Positions 62,465 through 64,000 of a DNA stretch of 64,000 nt are shown here, one piece after another. The notes beneath the pieces are model-generated. The model was not told the DNA's origin and did no database searches. It worked only from the letters and a program-made list of their open reading frames with translations. The stretch lies in contig CBDEGZ010000003.1 in assembly GCA_965238175.1 (NCBI GenBank), forward strand, positions 1,824,001 through 1,888,000, written 5' to 3'. The position numbers and the translations under genes are program-made. Source of the DNA: Gammaproteobacteria bacterium (GTDB taxonomy: Bacteria; Pseudomonadota; Gammaproteobacteria; CAJXQU01). How positions within the stretch are numbered: position 1 is the stretch's first letter; every line of letters starts with the position of its first letter.

Positions 62465-64000
62465 ATGGCGTTAACACCTCTATCCAAATGGCTAAATAGT
62501 CAGCCAGATAATATCGTCGCCGTTCAAAATGGGCATAAGAAATCCACGCGTGACTTTGTATCCCGAGTCCAGTTTTGGATCAACATTTTGAGAGACCGAA
62601 AAGGAGCCCGCTGGGCTGTTTATCACGAGGATACTTTCGAATTTCTAGCTATAGTCTATGCCTTGTGGCAGCTTGATAAAACAGCCTGTATCCCTGGGGA
62701 TAATCGACCAGGAACAGTACAAAGATTAAAAAATCATGTTGATGGTTTTGTAGGTGAGTTTCCAGCAGAAACAGTCACAGTTGATGAAGAATTTAATTCC
62801 ATAAAAGAATCTATGAACGAGATTAAACCCAAAGAATGGGTTGATCTGAAACATGATTTTCTTGCATTGGAAATTTATACATCAGGCTCAACAGGCGAAC
62901 CGAAACCAATCATAAAAACGATCTCACAATTAGAACGAGAACTTGAGGTCTTGGAGTTATTGTGGCCAAGTGATGTTGGATCAGTAGTTCTTGCAACCGT
63001 TTCTCATCAGCATCTTTACGGAATGACATTCCGTCTTTTTTGGCCCTTTAGCTCTGGTCGTGCATTTGAGCAAAAGATATGTGAATATCCTGAAGATATT
63101 ATTTATCAGGCTAAGTATTATCAATCACTTTCTCTAGTTTCTAGTCCATCACATTTGGGGCGAATGAATGACTCTTTGGATTGGCCTTCATTACACTGTC
63201 TACATGTTATCTCTTCCGCAGCGCCTTTAGCGAAAAAAGACAGCCTTAAATCAACCCAACTTTTGCGTGCACCTGTACGTGAAATTTATGGTAGTTCTGA
63301 GACGGGAGCTATTGCATGGAGAATACAAAAAGATAATGATCTAGATGCACTATGGCAGCCACTTCCTAAAGTCAACTTACGTTCGACTTCAGAAAATACA
63401 TTGGAGGTTCAATCTCCTTATCTTGGAACAATTAGCAGTTTTGTTTTACTAGATCGAATTGAATTTAATTCAGAAGGTGCTTTTAAATTGCTTGGAAGAA
63501 CTGATCGTATTGTTAAAGTTGAAGGAAAACGCGTTTCATTAACCATGATCGAAAATTTATTACTTGAAAATACTAATTTAGTAAAAAATGTCAAAGTGAT
63601 AACCCTTGAGCATTATAGAGTTGAGACTGCTGTGGTTCTGCAATTAACCGAAGAAGGTTCAAAGCAACTTAAGAAGCAAGGACGAAAAGCGCTTATTAAG
63701 ATTTTTAAAGAAAATTTGGTTGCACATCTAGAGGCCGTTGTACTGCCACGTCGCTGGCGATTTGTTGATCAAATGCCGTATAACAAACAAGGTAAATTAT
63801 CTTTGGCATCTTTAAAAACATTGTTTGAAAAAAAGCCTGTTATTTGGCCGAAAATTATTCAGCAAGAGAATGTTGATGGTGTGTTGACAATGGGATGTTA
63901 TATCTCTACAGACCTGCTTTATTTTGAAGGTCATTTTGACGAGAGGCCTGTATTACCAGGGATTGTTCAAGTGCATTGGGCACAATCATTTGGACGCCAA
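62465..64000 (+). CDS. AMP-dependent acyl ligase fused to a FabA-like dehydratase (ApeH/ApeI-like), runs off window end
   Basis: Manual translation from MALTPLSKW: YTSGSTGEPK, TVSHQHLYG, YGSSETG, GRTDRIVKVEGKR, then YFEGHFDERPVLPG. Confidence 0.88.
   Translation, partial: MALTPLSKWLNSQPDNIVAVQNGHKKSTRDFVSRVQFWINILRDRKGARWAVYHEDTFEFLAIVYALWQLDKTACIPGDNRPGTVQRLKNHVDGFVGEFPAETVTVDEEFNSIKESMNEIKPKEWVDLKHDFLALEIYTSGSTGEPKPIIKTISQLERELEVLELLWPSDVGSVVLATVSHQHLYGMTFRLFWPFSSGRAFEQKICEYPEDIIYQAKYYQSLSLVSSPSHLGRMNDSLDWPSLHCLHVISSAAPLAKKDSLKSTQLLRAPVREIYGSSETGAIAWRIQKDNDLDALWQPLPKVNLRSTSENTLEVQSPYLGTISSFVLLDRIEFNSEGAFKLLGRTDRIVKVEGKRVSLTMIENLLLENTNLVKNVKVITLEHYRVETAVVLQLTEEGSKQLKKQGRKALIKIFKENLVAHLEAVVLPRRWRFVDQMPYNKQGKLSLASLKTLFEKKPVIWPKIIQQENVDGVLTMGCYISTDLLYFEGHFDERPVLPGIVQVHWAQSFGRQ

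Overview
AT-rich gammaproteobacterial chromosome segment (likely marine; sulfur/C1-type metabolism suggested by soxCD, pqq and regAB). It is mostly housekeeping and metabolic genes: soxCD, SulP, apaH, comM, ubiK, an NtrC/sigma54-type porin-glnK-amtB operon, pqqABCDE (the 24-aa pqqA is missing from the ORF track), regBA, pyrC-rnt, mtaD/mtnA, moeA-mobAB, an exosortase-type EPS export module, rarA-crcB-serS, pntAB, yccA, and the start of an aryl-polyene (ape) cluster. No rRNA, tRNA or CRISPR array was seen. Best leads: (i) a Sec-type, Cys-less PhoX-like protein with a candidate Pho box, paired with an uncharacterised exported diheme protein and divergent from pqqA; (ii) a probable unannotated ~105-nt sRNA behind tandem RegA-like boxes; (iii) a pseudo-glycoside-hydrolase/LPS-kinase fusion; (iv) a degenerate GGDEF-cupin membrane receptor; (v) intergenic relics: a decayed integron-cassette pair with attC, IS982/IS3/IS1016 remnants, and a deletion scar joining a duplicated FG-GAP-protein leader to a papain-like peptidase pseudogene. 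All family assignments come from motif recognition by eye, not database searches.
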